Source: Oikopleura dioica (taxonomy: Eukaryota; Animalia; Chordata). Taken from it: DNA of 64,000 nucleotides. Location of the stretch: assembly GCA_907165135.1 (NCBI GenBank), contig OU015568.1, forward strand, positions 3,100,001 to 3,164,000, written 5' to 3'. Below, in pieces: positions 23,002-37,145 of the stretch. The notes below the pieces were generated by a model, which had not been told where the DNA came from, did not search any database, and worked only from the letters and a program-made list of their open reading frames with translations. Made by a program: the position numbers and the translations under genes. Numbering within the stretch: the stretch's first letter is position 1; every line of letters begins with the position of its first letter.

Positions 23002-26000
23002 TACATCATCTGGAAAAAGCAGCAAATTATTGACAAGAAAACAAACATGATCAACATCAAAAACTTCGACGAGCGGGTCTCCATCCTGATGAGTCATCGT
23101 GGCGACTGCAGGTTAACCCCTTGGCGCGAGCTCTGCTAACTCGTCTTCTTTTTTAGCACTCAACGCGAACATAACCAGCGAAGACATGCCATGTGCCAAA
23201 CACGTTCAGTCTTACTTCCTTCCAGTCTTACTACCGTCCCAAAATAAAATAACGGAAACGATGAGTCGAAAGACGATGACACGTTGTAGGAACTACTCGC
23301 GGAGGGAGTATCAAGTACGGCTACCGGAAGATCGCTCGAAAACTTTTCAAATAAACACGTTTTCGCTTGAAATTTAATGTTTAGTGGAACACACTTCTTC
23401 CCGTCTTGAATTTTTTTAGATGCTTTTACAGAGACTTAAGGGTATCCCTACCGATAACAACAAGTATAAGGAGGGGCCCCTTAGCGCTATGAAAGGGTCC
23501 TGATTATCAGAATTTGATACCCTGATGGTTCAATTGATTTTATAATCAAAAGAGATATTTCACCTCAGTCAACTACAGTCAACCCTCTTCACAGCCCTCG
23601 CTAAGCCCATTCTGACGTCGCTCAATAATAAAACTTGTTGAAAGAAGTGAGAAGAGTCGAAATATCTTCTTCCCAGCTTGTAAATCAACAGGCTCTAAAA
23701 AAACAACAACATCGCGCTTTTCCGGTCTTTTTTTTGTTTCTGGAGCAGGTGAACGCTGATAGGAGCTAACTAGCCGAGACTGTCGAGCGAAATTGAGTGA
23801 ATTTTCCAAATTTTCGCAAAGATTAGTGTTAAACAACGTGATTGTTTGGCAGTTTTGGCGAAAGTGATGAGTAAGCCTTTTTGGCGGAAAAGGCTTTCTT
23901 TCAAAAAAAAGAACGTCGAAAAGAAGGATTACAAAAGCAGCGCTCTCGAGAGCCCTGATTTTCCGCTCGCACCTGTCGAAATAACCCTAAATCAAGGTTG
24001 TTTTCGATTTCTTGCGCTTATCCAGGGGATTTTTCGTAGAAAGCGATGCTCCATTATCACCTCGCTTGAGCTTATCAGTAGTTCCTCTAAGCTTTGAGGT
24101 GGTCGCCAGAGAATCACACCCCAAAAATAAGCTTCTGCCCTGATTTTAATCAGCCTTCCCGAAAATTTACAACGGAAGAATTTTCAAAGTCTTTCTGAAA
24201 ATCGACCTTTCGAGCTTTCGAACTTTGAAGGCCAAAGGAATGCCTGAGCAGAAAGAGAGAGATTCTAACGTCAGGTGAGATCGCAGATGCCAAAAGCTGC
24301 TTCTTTTTGTTTCTCCAATTTTAAATTTGCCAAGTGGTGGGGATGATTTCTTTTTTAATTAGACCGCACGTGGCGATTCTAGAGCGTAAATTGCTCGAAA
24401 GCAGGTTGCAGACGATTTCGGTACAGGAAGATTATACGGACTTGATTGAAGATGTTCTCGACGAGTTATGGTAAGCGGGGAAAAATGGGATTCAAAAGGT
24501 AATTTTATCATTTTAGTCAGTTGCGAAATTTGGAAGTTGCGACGGATTACTTGTGTGGGAGCGAAGTGCTGCTAGATGAGCGAGAAAGGTTAGTCGGAGA
24601 AGAACGCTTCTAAAAGATTTTCGAGGGAAGTTCGATTACGCAACAGTTTTCATGAGTTGTCACGAATAGTATATTTTCAAAGAGAAAATATCAGCCCCTG
24701 GCGGCGCATTTATCATGACAACTCATGTTTACGCTATTTGTTTCTTTATTCGAGCCAAAACTGGAATCCGGCGTACTTTGCTAATAAAGTTGGTCCCCTT
24801 AGCGCAACATACTTTTCGTTCATTTTTACAAATTACTCTCTGCGCTCATCCTAAACGATATTTTTACGCACTAATCTAAAGAGGGCCCTCTTTTCGTCGT
24901 ACTCATTTTCCGAATTTCTTTCCATTAGAAAATCGAAATTCTATATAGAAGGAAACCTTCTTTGTTGGAAAAAAACCTGTTTTCGCTGATTTTAAGTTTT
25001 GTAATTTGCAAATTTGCGCGGCTGGGAGCGATTATTTGCCAATAAGGGTGGTGTAATTTTGTGGTTTAGGCTTCACGAGGCGCTAGAAATTATCAGATCG
25101 GATCTCAGGATGGACCGGCATCTACAGAGCCTGGAAAAGCAGGAATTGAAGGCTGAGCTCAAAGCGAAAAGGAGTCAATTAGGTAAGTCTAGCAATTTAA
25201 GAGCATCCGAAAGAAAGGGCCTAAAATGTCCGTCATTAAAGATCGAGTTAAATTTGTATTGATATTTTCGTTTTTGAACGTTGCTAGAAGTCGAAATCAC
25301 CGGCTGATCAAAGGAGCTTAAGGGGGAGGGGGTAGTAAGCGACAAAGGTTATCTCTCTATTTCCTCGTTGTTGTGAAAACCCACCTTTTTTAGCGGATAG
25401 CGAAGAAAAACGAAAATGGCTGATAAAGAGGAGAGGAAAGGGTGTTTAGGTTATCGCCATGGTTTACGAAGAAAACGTTAAATTACGCGATAATTCAATT
25501 TTCCGATTCTTATCGAGTTAAACGAGTTAAACACCCTTAACGAATAGACGAACTGGTTGATCAGAACGAGAAGTTAAAGGTTGCAGTCATTTCCCTCGCT
25601 TCAGGAAAATTGTCGAGATTATTACCATTTTTGCGCTTTTTCCAACGACGTGTTAAATAAGCTCGAATCTTGACCATTAAACAAAGCGGTGGCGATAATT
25701 ACTTCGTACAAGGGTAAGAGCAATTTTAATGAAAAGATGACAAAATGAGCATACTATGTTTTCTTTAGTATTAACGATGTAACGAGGCTCCCCGGCGACG
25801 CTAGAAATCGAGTGCGCAAGTCGCACACGCAAGCTGATACGTGGCGTCAACGTCAAAAGTCATTTTCACAAAAACACTCCACTACACAACACTCACTGTG
25901 TCCGTGCTGATTTACTGATCCTCCGTTTTCTTAATGTGTTTTCCGAAAAACAAACAAAAAAATCACCGTTCTTTTCAAACAAAACTTTTGTAACCTTCTT

Positions 26001-27417
26001 TTCTATGAAATATAAATTCAAAAATATCCAACCAAAAGATTGGAAAAATTCCTTCAATGGGTTAAGCAAATTTCGTTCAAGAAAATTTCTGATTCTCTTT
26101 TTCAAAAATTTTCAAAAAAGTCATTTTCTAGTCGAAAAAGGCTCATCTCAACAAATTTTTGGACAAAGTGCCATAATGGGTTAAGGTTCAAAACTTTCTA
26201 TTCTATTTCTAAGTCCCCCTTCTTCCCACTTAATCACATGATCACATTGTCATTTTTCCTCGTTAGATGGAAAATTAAATAACGTAATTACGGTGCCTTG
26301 TCATCCCTACGAATCGCAGGTTTATTTTTAACCTATGTAGCCGTTCTGAGTTTCTCAATTTTAAACACACAAAACCTCGTTTCATCACGATTCTAATTAA
26401 ATCATCGGCGGTCTAATTTGGTTAAGAATGGAAAGTTACGAGTCTAAAGGTCAATTACTCAGCAGAGTACTTAGCACCTTTTTATGATTGACTCAGAAGA
26501 ATAGAAACTTTTCCATAAATTAAAAGAGGCAGATCCAGATCCAGAGGGAAGGAGTGATCCATTAATAAATTTGCTCTGCGAGGGATTGGATCCAATTTTC
26601 AATTAGCGAGTGAGCAAAGAGAATACTTCAACTAAGAAAGATAGAAGATGGATGTTAATGGAGGGGAATTTCCTCCCTTTTTCTACCCAGTTTTGGCAGC
26701 GGTCTGTGTTACAACAGGTAAGAAACAAGATTTTTTGAAGTCAGTTTTTGAGTGAATTTTTAAAGGAATTGTGCTCCTTATGTGCGTCTTCCGAAAAACC
26801 GCCGAATCAGCCTGTTACGACTACGCCCGGGATAGGAAAAGCCGCTTCTATCAAGCTCAGCAGGCTCAAGCGACCCTCAACGCAGCCAGTTGCAGTTTAG
26901 GAGAAGGGTTGAACACCTGAGCGCTTCAGGAATTTTTTTTTCGTGTCCGTTCTTTCATCCCTTTTTAGACAACTCATCGCCGTTACATTTACGCGCACCA
27001 CAAAAAGGACACCAGGTGGGTTAAAAGTCAACAATGAATTTCAAATTTCTTTTTGATCATTCATTTTGACCACCTGGCATTTTAGTCGGCGAGTTTCAGT
27101 GTTTCTGCACCGGCGGATTTGCTCGGAAGACCTAGTCATTACAGCAGGTACGGTTATGGGTAAAATTATTTTAACCTGTTTGCACTGATTGACCATTTTC
27201 TTGGCAATTATTCTCGATGAGCAAAACTGATTCGAAATTGGATGTGACGAAAAAATGGCCAATTTATGCGCATAGGTTAACCCATAAAAAACACGTTAAG
27301 CCGATCGCCTTCCGCGCCCGAAGTCGCCACTTTGTCAGTAACGCCGACGGTCCACGAGCTCCGGAAGCTCTCTGTCAATCTCTCGAGCCCGGTCAAATCG
27401 CAATTAAGAGTACATAG
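23002..27417 (+). CDS. Scattered exons of a coiled-coil protein (family not identified)
   Basis: Phase-compatible AG/GT exons at 24231-24274, ~24363-24469, ~24517-24589, ~25070-25181, ~25546-25578 and 26691-26717 give PHVAILERKLLESRLQ...LHEALEIIRSDLRMDRHLQSLEKQELKAELKAKRSQLDELVDQNEKLK. The exons at 23002-23111 and ~27336-27417 are less certain. Confidence 0.55.
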
Positions 27418-28391
27418 GTATCAGGTTCACACGCACGTATGTTTCGTTACCGTTTTTTAGACCTCACACGCCTGAATTGGCGACGCTGGAAAATCCAGAA
27501 AAGGAACATTCGGGTTAAACAAAACATTTGAGCGGAAAAAAGAAGATGTAGTGCATGTTGCAGATATTTTTTACAAAATTTGTTTTTGGTGAATTCGACC
27601 TTGTGGCAAGCAAGTTGTCACATGTTTCTTTATTCAAGACGAGCGGGCTTTAGAAGATGGGCAAAAGAATTAACGAAAAGATAAGTGCTTTTTCTTGAGC
27701 TGTGGAAATCAATTTCGCTGCTCAGAGAAATTTCGACAGTAGTTTAAAAATCCGTTTTCTTATCGCGAAAAAGCCCCTAAATTTCTAATTGAAGCTTGTT
27801 ATCTCGAAGGCTTAATGTTTGATTAACCCCGTGTCAAGCGTCTTAGTCTGCGGCCCAAATCAACTTCTGACGCTGAAGAGGAGGAAGCATCATGAAATTC
27901 AACGCAGATGTTTACTCGCCATATTCATGAGCAGTCGTAGCCACCCTCGAGGACGTACTCACGTGGCTCCAGTACCGAAAATGTACATTTTAACCCTCCA
28001 CCGTCCATATGCACACTCGAAGCACTTCTGATAGAACATGCAACATTTTAATTTCCATTTCCCTTCTTTTCTATTTTTCCAAGATTCGATATCTCCAGCA
28101 AACTGGGAAAATAGAAAAAATTCAAATCTGGCGCGCAACACCGGAAATACCGCCAGCTTGATGCATTTCAAGCTCAATTTTTACGAGTGAAATTTCACGA
28201 AGCATTTCGCCTTATTTCGTGTTACTGTAATTATGACTCAATTCTTTCTGTAAATAAACATTCACAAAATAAATCCAAGATTTTGCATCAATACAAATAA
28301 TGACTCAATTCACTACCAGACATCAGTAAAAGCAAATTTGATCTATCAAACTAACTTGGAAGAGGATACCCTTAATTCAAAAAAAAAGAGA

Positions 28392-31300
28392 ATGAAGAAA
28401 AACGGCGGCGAGGTGACTAAGTTCGCAGATTACGCAAAAGAACGTATTTGGCGCAAGAATTTGGATAAATTTACATTGAGTAAGTCGCCCCTCATTTTCC
28501 CATCGCCGGGTAAAAATAATCGCCGTTTTGTAAATTAGAAATTCAACTTCCAAATGAGGAGAAGAGGGAGTATAGATTCGGACCGAATGTTGTGGTTCAT
28601 GATGTGGTCAAATCGATTTGCGACGAGCTCGGAATTACCATCGCGGAGATTTATGGTTTGCAGCGAGTTCCTGGCTCGACTGAGTGGCTGAACGGGCGGA
28701 ACAGACTGGAGCTGCAAATACAGGAGCAAGAGGAGCTACTGTACATAAGGCAGAAGTACTTTCCTGATGTGAGTCTGCTTACTTCAAAGGAAAGGCGTCT
28801 AGGAAGCTTAATACACCGGATAAAACCAATTTGCGACACGCCGCAAACAGGAAAAAGAATTCCTCTTACGTCAAATTGAACAAGGTATTAACCCTTTACG
28901 GCACGACAGGTGTAATTCGCCCCGTGCGCTATTTCCGAGACATGCATTAGACGCTTTCTTCTATTTAATCTCAAATAACTCCGCGTTTCGAGCTTTATTT
29001 TGCCCTCCAAAATTGTAAATCTGAAATCGCCAAAGCTGAGAACGAAAAGATTCTCGGTAACGTTCCTTTCTGAGGATTCTAGAGCCGGTTAAGCTCGTGT
29101 AGGAAGAGGAAGGTTCGAGAGGCTAACAAATTAACCCCCATTTTATCCATTTGTTATCAATGGATTATCCGCCTTCGATAAACCCTCTTGAAACTAGTGG
29201 AAGAAGAATTTATCTTGTCCTCGGATTGTAGGATTGAGTACCAAACAAATAGTAGCGTTCTCTTCAGACTACTGCTATTTTAATCTGATATCTCTGCCCT
29301 TCAACTTGAGACAACGAAAAAGTGTGAACGTTTTAGATTTTCGCCTTGGGCGCAACGGGCAGCAAACGATACCCGAGAGCTTCTTCGCCGAGTTCGCGGC
29401 GAAAGTCGAGTCCTCACACAAAGTAAGACTTTCTTACTCTTTCTGAAACCGTCCACTTTAGTAGCTTTGTTTAGATCTCCATTGCGCTCGCCTATCTCTC
29501 TAAACTACCGCAATTCGGGCAGTACGTCGTACGCACCGTTGCGCCGCTTTCTACCACCGCCACCGCCACAAACAGCACCACGCCGGCGGAGAATATTATC
29601 GAAATGTCAGATTAGGCTCCGAATTCTGATAATTCCTTAGATCCCCAAAGATCGGCTTGTGTGATGCACCGTTGATTCGCGAGAAGTTTTCTAGAGCCAA
29701 AATCATCATTTTTGGCCAAATTTTGGGGGAGGTGTCTGGAACCGACAAAAATATTTCGACAAATTTTACTTGGAAATTTTCAACCAATCAGAAGCCTGGA
29801 TTCGGCAAACCGAGTAGACGCCCACGCAAAATTTGTCGGAATTTTTTCGTCGGTTCCAGACACCATCCCAAATTTTTGGACATACGGTCAGGATGGGTTA
29901 ACAAATTTAACCCCTCAGCGATTAGCGTCTCATTTGACGCTTGTAGGCTGACATTGAAGATCTTTCTCAAAACAGGTTAAAAAATTAACTCATGACGACT
30001 TTTTCCGCAATTTTGTGGTATCTAGGTTTTGAGTCAAAAAAAAATTGATTTTTAAAAATAAAAGTTTCATCATGCAAATTTTCGCTCACAGAAAAGTTCC
30101 CAAAAGCTTGTCTTCCACGAGTTAATTTCGAGCAGCTCAATAAGCTTGCCGCTCTAGTTTTTGATCAACTGGAGGGTTAGAACATTTGTCGCGAGTGAAT
30201 TCCGAGCCTCTCCCTGAACAAGAAGCGAACCCGGCGGAGTCTTTTGGCTGCTCAGCAGGAATTGGGGGGCTCTGTTTTCTGAATTTCTTGCTTTAGGTGC
30301 CAATTTGGTTGGAGACCCCAGGGTTAAGGTGCACCCGCGGGGAGCCAAGGAGGAACCAGCGAGATGATTATTAACCGTGAAGGGTTGATATTTCCACAAA
30401 CGCCAGCGGATAGGTGTGTGAAAACGTGTTGTGTTTTGACTCACTCGATAGGCTACTAATCGGATAGGGATACCCTTAACCGCGCAACCGAGCAGACACA
30501 AAGAATAACACACTTTCTAACACAACTTATTTTTGTTCGCGCTACTAATCCTTCACGATTTTCGACTCGAAAAAAGGTGCCCCGATCCAAGCTTCAAGCT
30601 GCTTTCAGAGCACTTTCTAACTTATCAATTGTAAAACGCAGACGGGGCGAAATTCCGCGGTACTGGCAACATGGGTGCTCCGAATTTAAAGTGGGAATTC
30701 TATCACCACCGAGCGTTGTGAATTTTCTAGTGCCAGCAGATGTTCCAATCCAGCCAAAAAAGAAAAATACGCCCAAGTACAAATTGCGCTCCCATGGAAA
30801 ATTCGCGCATTTACAAAAATTCTGCGCTTTGAAAATTTTGAATTGAAAGTTCAAAGTTGCATTTTAACCTGTCGACGTTAAGGCGACACCTTTTATGCAG
30901 CGATTTGCAACAGCGAACGTGAAAGGATTTGAAAAAGCCAGTTTTCGTGAGAGATTTCGATGATGGCGTAATTTTGAGTTCGAATAAACGCAATTTTTCA
31001 TGCCCTTTGAGCACTGCGAATGAATTTATCAACGCGCCCAGACTGATGAGCTTGTCATACAGGTTAGCCCTTCTAATCGAAACGGTCACCCGCTGGGATC
31101 TTATCAGTTCGAACCGTTGGGTTATTTCACAATCAAAATTATTAACCCATGTTTTGTCTCTCCGACAGATCCGGCCCATTTAACGTCAAACAATCAATTA
31201 CACCGCTCTTATGGGTACATTTCAACACGTCACCCGCTGAGCTGATAAGAAAGGAGTAGAAGTTATCAGTTCAAACTGCGATTTATCATGATTTTCATAT

Positions 31301-33734
31301 CAAACAATGAATTTTTTCGCTAATTGGGCAGAAATCGAGGAAGAGGCAATCAAGGGTGTATTTAGCTAGGTACCCCGCCGAGTTCTTATCAGAGTTCCTG
31401 GCAAGGAGGTTAACTCGTTGTCCGCCGTTAAATTCGAGAGATCGATTGTTTACAGCGGTCGAGGGAATGCTTTTGGCGGCGACCACAGCGCCCGCCGCCG
31501 CGCTAATGATCCCACTCACCCTGGCCCTCATCTCCCAGCTCATCCCCACTTCGACTTTCTAATTCCAGGATTAGCAAGAGTAGTCTGAGAGGAGCATCTG
31601 CTGTGAGTTGTATTCAACTCGATTCTCTCTCCCTCTTTTGAAGTGGAAAATAGCGGACATAGCTGGAGAAGGATTTGCGTGACGGCCACGCGGCTGGATT
31701 TCCGAAACATTTCTCCTCTTACCGAGTACACTTTCCCAAGCCCCCCAGTTTTTCTTTTTGCATGCATGGCATAATTATATGCAGCGCGCGTCATATTGAC
31801 AAAATGGCAGCGGCGTGAACCATTTGACGGGCGGGATAACCTAACTTGTCGGAAGGGGTTCCTCGGAGGGACCGCTATGTAATTGGGTTTGAAATTTCTG
31901 TCACTTTTGGAACCGAGGAGGAGGGGCAGACCCCGTTTATTAGCACAGGAGCTCTTCCGGCTCCAAGTTTGTGGATTCAAGCCGTCACCTTCTTTTTTGA
32001 GTCGAAAATGAGCGATCATGAAAAAAACGCATCAAATCATTTTTCGACCAATATGAGTTTTTGAGTCGAAAATAAAACGATTTCGCGATCGAAATGAGCG
32101 ATCATGAAATCAACCCAAGTCCGAAAAGTACCGTTTCTAGTGGCTTATCTAACCAAAAAACGTGATGATTTGATTAACACAAATTTTCGTCTTCAGCGTG
32201 AAATATCACGAAATCTACGGGGTCTCTAAAATGAAGAAGGTCAAGCAAGGCATTCGAATTTTGCTAATCGACGAGGTAACGCTTTAACCTTTTTCCACTG
32301 CTCCCAAGGTTAACCGATGATTCATTAAATAAGGACAAATCCACCCGGCGACAGATGGACATCATCTTAGGAACCATTGCCAAACGAGTTTGGACACTCT
32401 TTTTGAGCGTTCCACTCAAAAGCCCTTTGTAACCGTTGAACACCAATGGGAACAAGATTCGCCGAGAACGGCAAAAGCCACATTCCGCTTCATTTCCGAG
32501 TGTTACGTCTTCTACTCCTTCGATCAGGTAACGCAACCTTCTAAAACTCCACCCCTCTCACTCAACAGTGGTAATCGCGGAAGTACCTTTTTGGTCGCCC
32601 AAGCAATTAACCCGTTAGCGCGGGGCGGAGAAGATTTATCATCTTTACCCAAAAAGATAGAGACTGTCCACAGTTTTATATAGAGGGTATACAGTAATAA
32701 CAACAACCCATGTCCGTATATTTTCGCGCGGTTCGAGGGTCTAATACTTTTTCCAAAATGTTTAGGTGCCGCTTTACATGCTCGAGGGGCAGAAACAAGA
32801 CCTGGGAATACAAATATTAGACCTGTTCAATCCGAAACAGGGGCGCAACTACAAGGTTTGACAGGAAAAAAAAAAGAGAATTGGTCACGTGTTATTTAGA
32901 CGTTTCAATTCGACTCGGTGAGTACGAAGGCTCAACTGGATCTCAGGTGAGTTGTGTCACCAAAAGAGTGTTCAGTTACGTAACCAGCTTTCTAGGCACA
33001 GGAAGAGGATACGCAACGGGCAGGAACTGGTGAAAAATGAACGCGGATTTGCCGACCTGGTCTACAAGGTACGCTCATTTAGAGTGTGCATGAACACATT
33101 TCTAATGTCTCAAAAGTCTGATGACGACTCTTGATGACATCCAGACAGTCAATTGTAGTTGAAATGATGTCTCTTTGAAAGATTGACATTTCTCCTGTCT
33201 AGTAGACAAGTTCAACGTCTAAAAGACTGTTCTGATGTCAATTTCGCCTCGAATGTCTTCGAAATGTCTATACATTCGGACATGTGTTCATTTTTACAGA
33301 CATTTGGCTGCGAAAATGTCATTTCAACCTTCGAGATCACCAGATCACCAAGCCATCTGAATTTTCATAAACTCCAAAAATGTCATATTTAGATCATGTC
33401 AGATTTAACCTGCCACATTTGTTTCGATCGATCCGTGAGCGTGATCCTTCGTCCATGTAATCATCAGGTAATTACTAGAACTCGCACTCGACACCCTCTC
33501 ACATGATTACCATAAATATAATTTTAAATTTTAAACATAAACTGCCGCACCTTTAGAAAGAGGTTTTTAGAAGGGTTGAAGAAAGCAAATAAATATTTTA
33601 AGTTGATGTGCCAAGATTGCGCGGAAAAGTGCTCCGAATGTCCCCTTTGTTTGGTGAAGATCGAAGAGGTTTCCGTTGCATTTTTGTCTAGGGAACGCAA
33701 AAAGTGCTTTAACTCCTTGATATTTATTATCTAA
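28392..33734 (+). CDS. MYLIP: FERM + C-terminal RING E3 ubiquitin ligase, MYLIP/IDOL-like
   Basis: FERM-N ICDELGI..YGLQ...EWLNGRNRLELQ...KYFPD (compare MYLIP WLNLRNRISQQ). FERM-C TAKATFRFISECYVFY. RING CHICFDRSVSVILRPCNHQ/LMCQDCAEKCSECPLCLVKIEEV. Stop at 33732-33734. At least one middle exon (29.4-32.3 kb) was not located. Confidence 0.8.
29718..29876. mobile_element. MITE-like element, copy A
   Basis: GGGAGGTGTCTGGAACCGACAAAAA ... TTTTCGTCGGTTCCAGACACCATCCC inverted ends. Near-identical copy at 35216-35362. Confidence 0.75.
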
Positions 33735-35215
33735 CCCGTTCGGGGCATTCCTGGCCCTTCCAAGGCCGTTTTTTCTTTATTGTCGAACTTGCGCAAAAAG
33801 CCGCTGAGTAGGGACGAGATCTCGCAGAAATTTCACAAATTAGCCAAGAATTCCCGCCGAATGAGTCTATGAAGAACTCGCGAACTTGTCGCTTGGAATT
33901 TTTTTGCTCCTGGAAACTGCCGCGTTTTAGAAGGAAGCCTGACTCCTTTCCCCGAATAAATTCAGTGCAAAATAAAATTCTAGAGTTTCCTCCAAAAAGG
34001 TCACGTGAGGAACTGCCATCTAACCGTGGTTAACCACCGTCTAAACCGGAAGCAAACTGTCCAATGGTGTACATGGCTACTTAACCCATTACCGACACAT
34101 GACAGAAAAAAGTGCAGCGGTGGGTATTAGCTCTAGAAGATGACGACACGCCGGAAATTTCAATTAGTCAATTAGCCAGTTATAAAGTTTGTGAGTTATC
34201 CAATCAATTTGGTATGTCGAGTTTTTTGCAAATTATGTTAATACTGGACTTGGCGGGTTAGTGCTGGAAAATTTTAAATTACCGGTTTTCGGCGGGAAGT
34301 GATGAGGTAGCGGCGCGAAGTGAAGCTTAAAAAATATGATTTAGTAAAAAAGTTAATTAGAGGGAATCTTTCAAATGACGCTCTAGAATTTTCAGTTTCC
34401 CAGAAATAAATCTACAAACTCTGAAAAAGAAATTTCAATTCGTTAAATTCGTGAAATTTTATGTCTGATAGACATTCAAGCTGTCTGGCAGACAAAACAC
34501 GAAAAAGACCATAAAAATAAAGGACTTATTGTTAGTTTTACGATTCACATATTCGAAGATACGAATCCTATTTTGTCTGGCAGACAGATCAAAAGTCAAA
34601 CCACTAAAATTAAGTCTAAAAGGATGCAGTGAAATCACCAGCGGAAAAAACGTAAATAGACATCATTCCGCGGTCGCGTTAAAAAAGGTGAGAGCCGCAT
34701 TTTGAAACCGACAAAAATATTCCGAATATGCGTCCTTCCGGGTAACCTCGCGTGTTGCAAACGTAGGTACATTTGCTTCTCCTATTGAACATCCATTTTT
34801 AACTTTTTAGATAATTATTAACGAAAATATTGGCATACAAAATTCCTCGGCGCGTAGACGAAGCCGCAAGACGACGTAATTTGCGGCGAATTTTCCTGAT
34901 TATTTGTCCACTTTACCTTTTTTTTTTCTTGAGTTGAAGTTTCGTTTCGTTCGGGACTTTTTTGCGTTCCTGAAAATAACAAATTAGCTTAATCGATGCG
35001 GAAGTACTTCGGATGCGTCAAATAAGTAAGCCTTTTCGGATGAGTTGGCCCATTTCCGGACATTAGTACAAATAACATATGAATTCTTGGATACTTTTCG
35101 GGTGCACTTGAAAATGTCAACGTTGTCACGTGTGGTAGGGTTAGGGTTAGGCCCGAACCGTTAGGGTAAAGATAGCGTGAGGGATTTTCAAGAATAAAGA
35201 TGTCTTATTGGTCGA

Positions 35216-35362
35216 AAAATGGGGAGGTGTCTGGAACCGACAAAAATATTTCGACAAATTTTACGTGAAAATTTTCAACCAATCAGAAACCTGGATTCGG
35301 CAAATTGGCCAATCAGCAACCGGACAGAAATTTTTTGTCGGTTCCAGACACCATCCCGAAAA
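35216..35362. mobile_element. MITE-like element, copy B
   Basis: Same inverted ends and about 85 bp near-identical to 29725-29810. Confidence 0.75.
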
Positions 35363-37052
35363 ATGTCATTTATTTTTATACTAAAACTGTTGACATTCGT
35401 GACTTTTGCGACATTCGTGACATTTTTTTAATTTGATTTATTAAAAAAAAAATCACGATTTCAAAATCATTCCCATGTCAAAATATGGTCCATGTGGTAA
35501 GATAGGCCGCAACGTGTCGCAAAAAAACGAAGCTAAGCACCCTTAGGTTTAGATAAGACAAAAATTCTAGCAGTAAGTGCGTTTTGTGATTTGCGCTCAT
35601 AATGACTCCCGAGTTCGATAAGCTTCGGCTGGCTGCCTTGGGTTAAGAGTGGGGCCCTTTTATATCATCATCAGGGGACAAGTGGCGTCTTGGTTAATTT
35701 TGGTTTTCGCAGGTAGATACCCTTGAGAATTCCCTTTTTCCCGACTTCGAGGAAAGATTTTTTGAATTTTTAATCGAGAAAAAGTCAGTTGCGTAACCAA
35801 TTACGCTCCTCCCAACATATTTACGTCTGTGGTGAATTTTATAAAGACTTTCTAGTGCCACGTTTTTTCTCATCCCCTCCGCCGCAGCTACAAAAAGAAA
35901 GACAAAACCAAGCTTCAAAACTTGAACAAAAAAGTTGAAGCCAATTTGGATTTGGAGAGTTAGTGCTCGTAACTTGCGGTCATAGAAGGTGCAACTCGGT
36001 GAGGTTGTTGAAAAAAAGGAGCCCACGTGATCAAGTCTGACGAAGTTCGAGGTTGAAGCTTTCAAAGTGGTGGAAGCACGCGAAAGTGCTCGTTTCCGAT
36101 CCAACTGATGATGCAAATACATTGGGATTATGCGAAAACGGCTTGACTTTATCGTCAGGTTAGAAGCGACTTTTTAAAAATGTGACGCGAAAACGGGTGT
36201 TCTCAAATTAAATAGTCATCAAAATTTGGTCAAAAAAGAAAAAAAATCCAAAAATGAAGACTTTTTTTACCAAAAATTTTTTTTGTTGATTTTTTTTTAC
36301 GCCAAAAAATTTCAATAAAAAAATTTTTAAAAATATTTGAAAAAGTAATTCGATCGAAATCTCGTTCCTTCGGCGCTAGAATAAAAATAAAAAAAGCGAC
36401 TCGATAAGTATTTTGTCTAAAACGCTCGTCCACGTTTGAGATCGTTTTTCGCGTCGGGGCTAATCCCCTCGCTGATCCGAAATTTTTTTTATCCCAAGTT
36501 CATTCGGGTGGCGATTTTGAGCTTAGCGAGAATTCGCGAGTCGCGATGGTGCTAGAATTTGGCATTTGCGTACCATGTCTCGCGAATAAAAGTGCTTTAG
36601 CTAAAAGAGGGTTTTGTAGACGCGACTACCGGTAAAGAGGCAAATATTTGGGAACATCGGGAGTGATAACGACTTCCGAAAGAGTTAGGCGGCTACTGGC
36701 GAATTGGGAGAGTCGAAAAAATAGAGAATTTTAGCTTTTATCTTTCCGAATATGAGATAATAAAGTCCGTCTCTCACTACAGTAGCACGTGGTTGCAACA
36801 ACGGCAAGCCACAACCCAATTTTCCCGTGGTCTGATACGGACCGCCGAACCGACCGGTTGTCCGAGGCAATCACAATCGCGCATAAGAAAATTTCGCACC
36901 GCGACGAAATTCACGACTGATTCAATCTGAGTCAAATCTTTGCGAAAAGTTCCATTTCTTAGCCGCATTTCTAGCAAATCACGCGGGCAGTTTTAAGGGT
37001 ATACATATCTTTTATTCGTCTTTTTATCATTATATTACTCAAATCTTAGCAC

Positions 37053-37145
37053 TGTGACACCCTTATTTTACATTGGAATAAAGAATTTGGGTCCTTTGTC
37101 TACCGATAAATTTGATTGAAAAATGATTAAAATAAGGGTATCACA
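37053..37145. repeat. Short inverted-repeat element
   Basis: TGTGACACCCTTATTTT ... AAAATAAGGGTATCACA (one mismatch). A related arm pair lies at about 58075-58141 and a single arm at about 62688. Confidence 0.55.

Noticed and set aside
32987-33070. ELVKNERGFADL as a RhoGEF DH start (FARP-type gene)
   Set aside because: The next exons encode a RING and a stop, fitting MYLIP instead.
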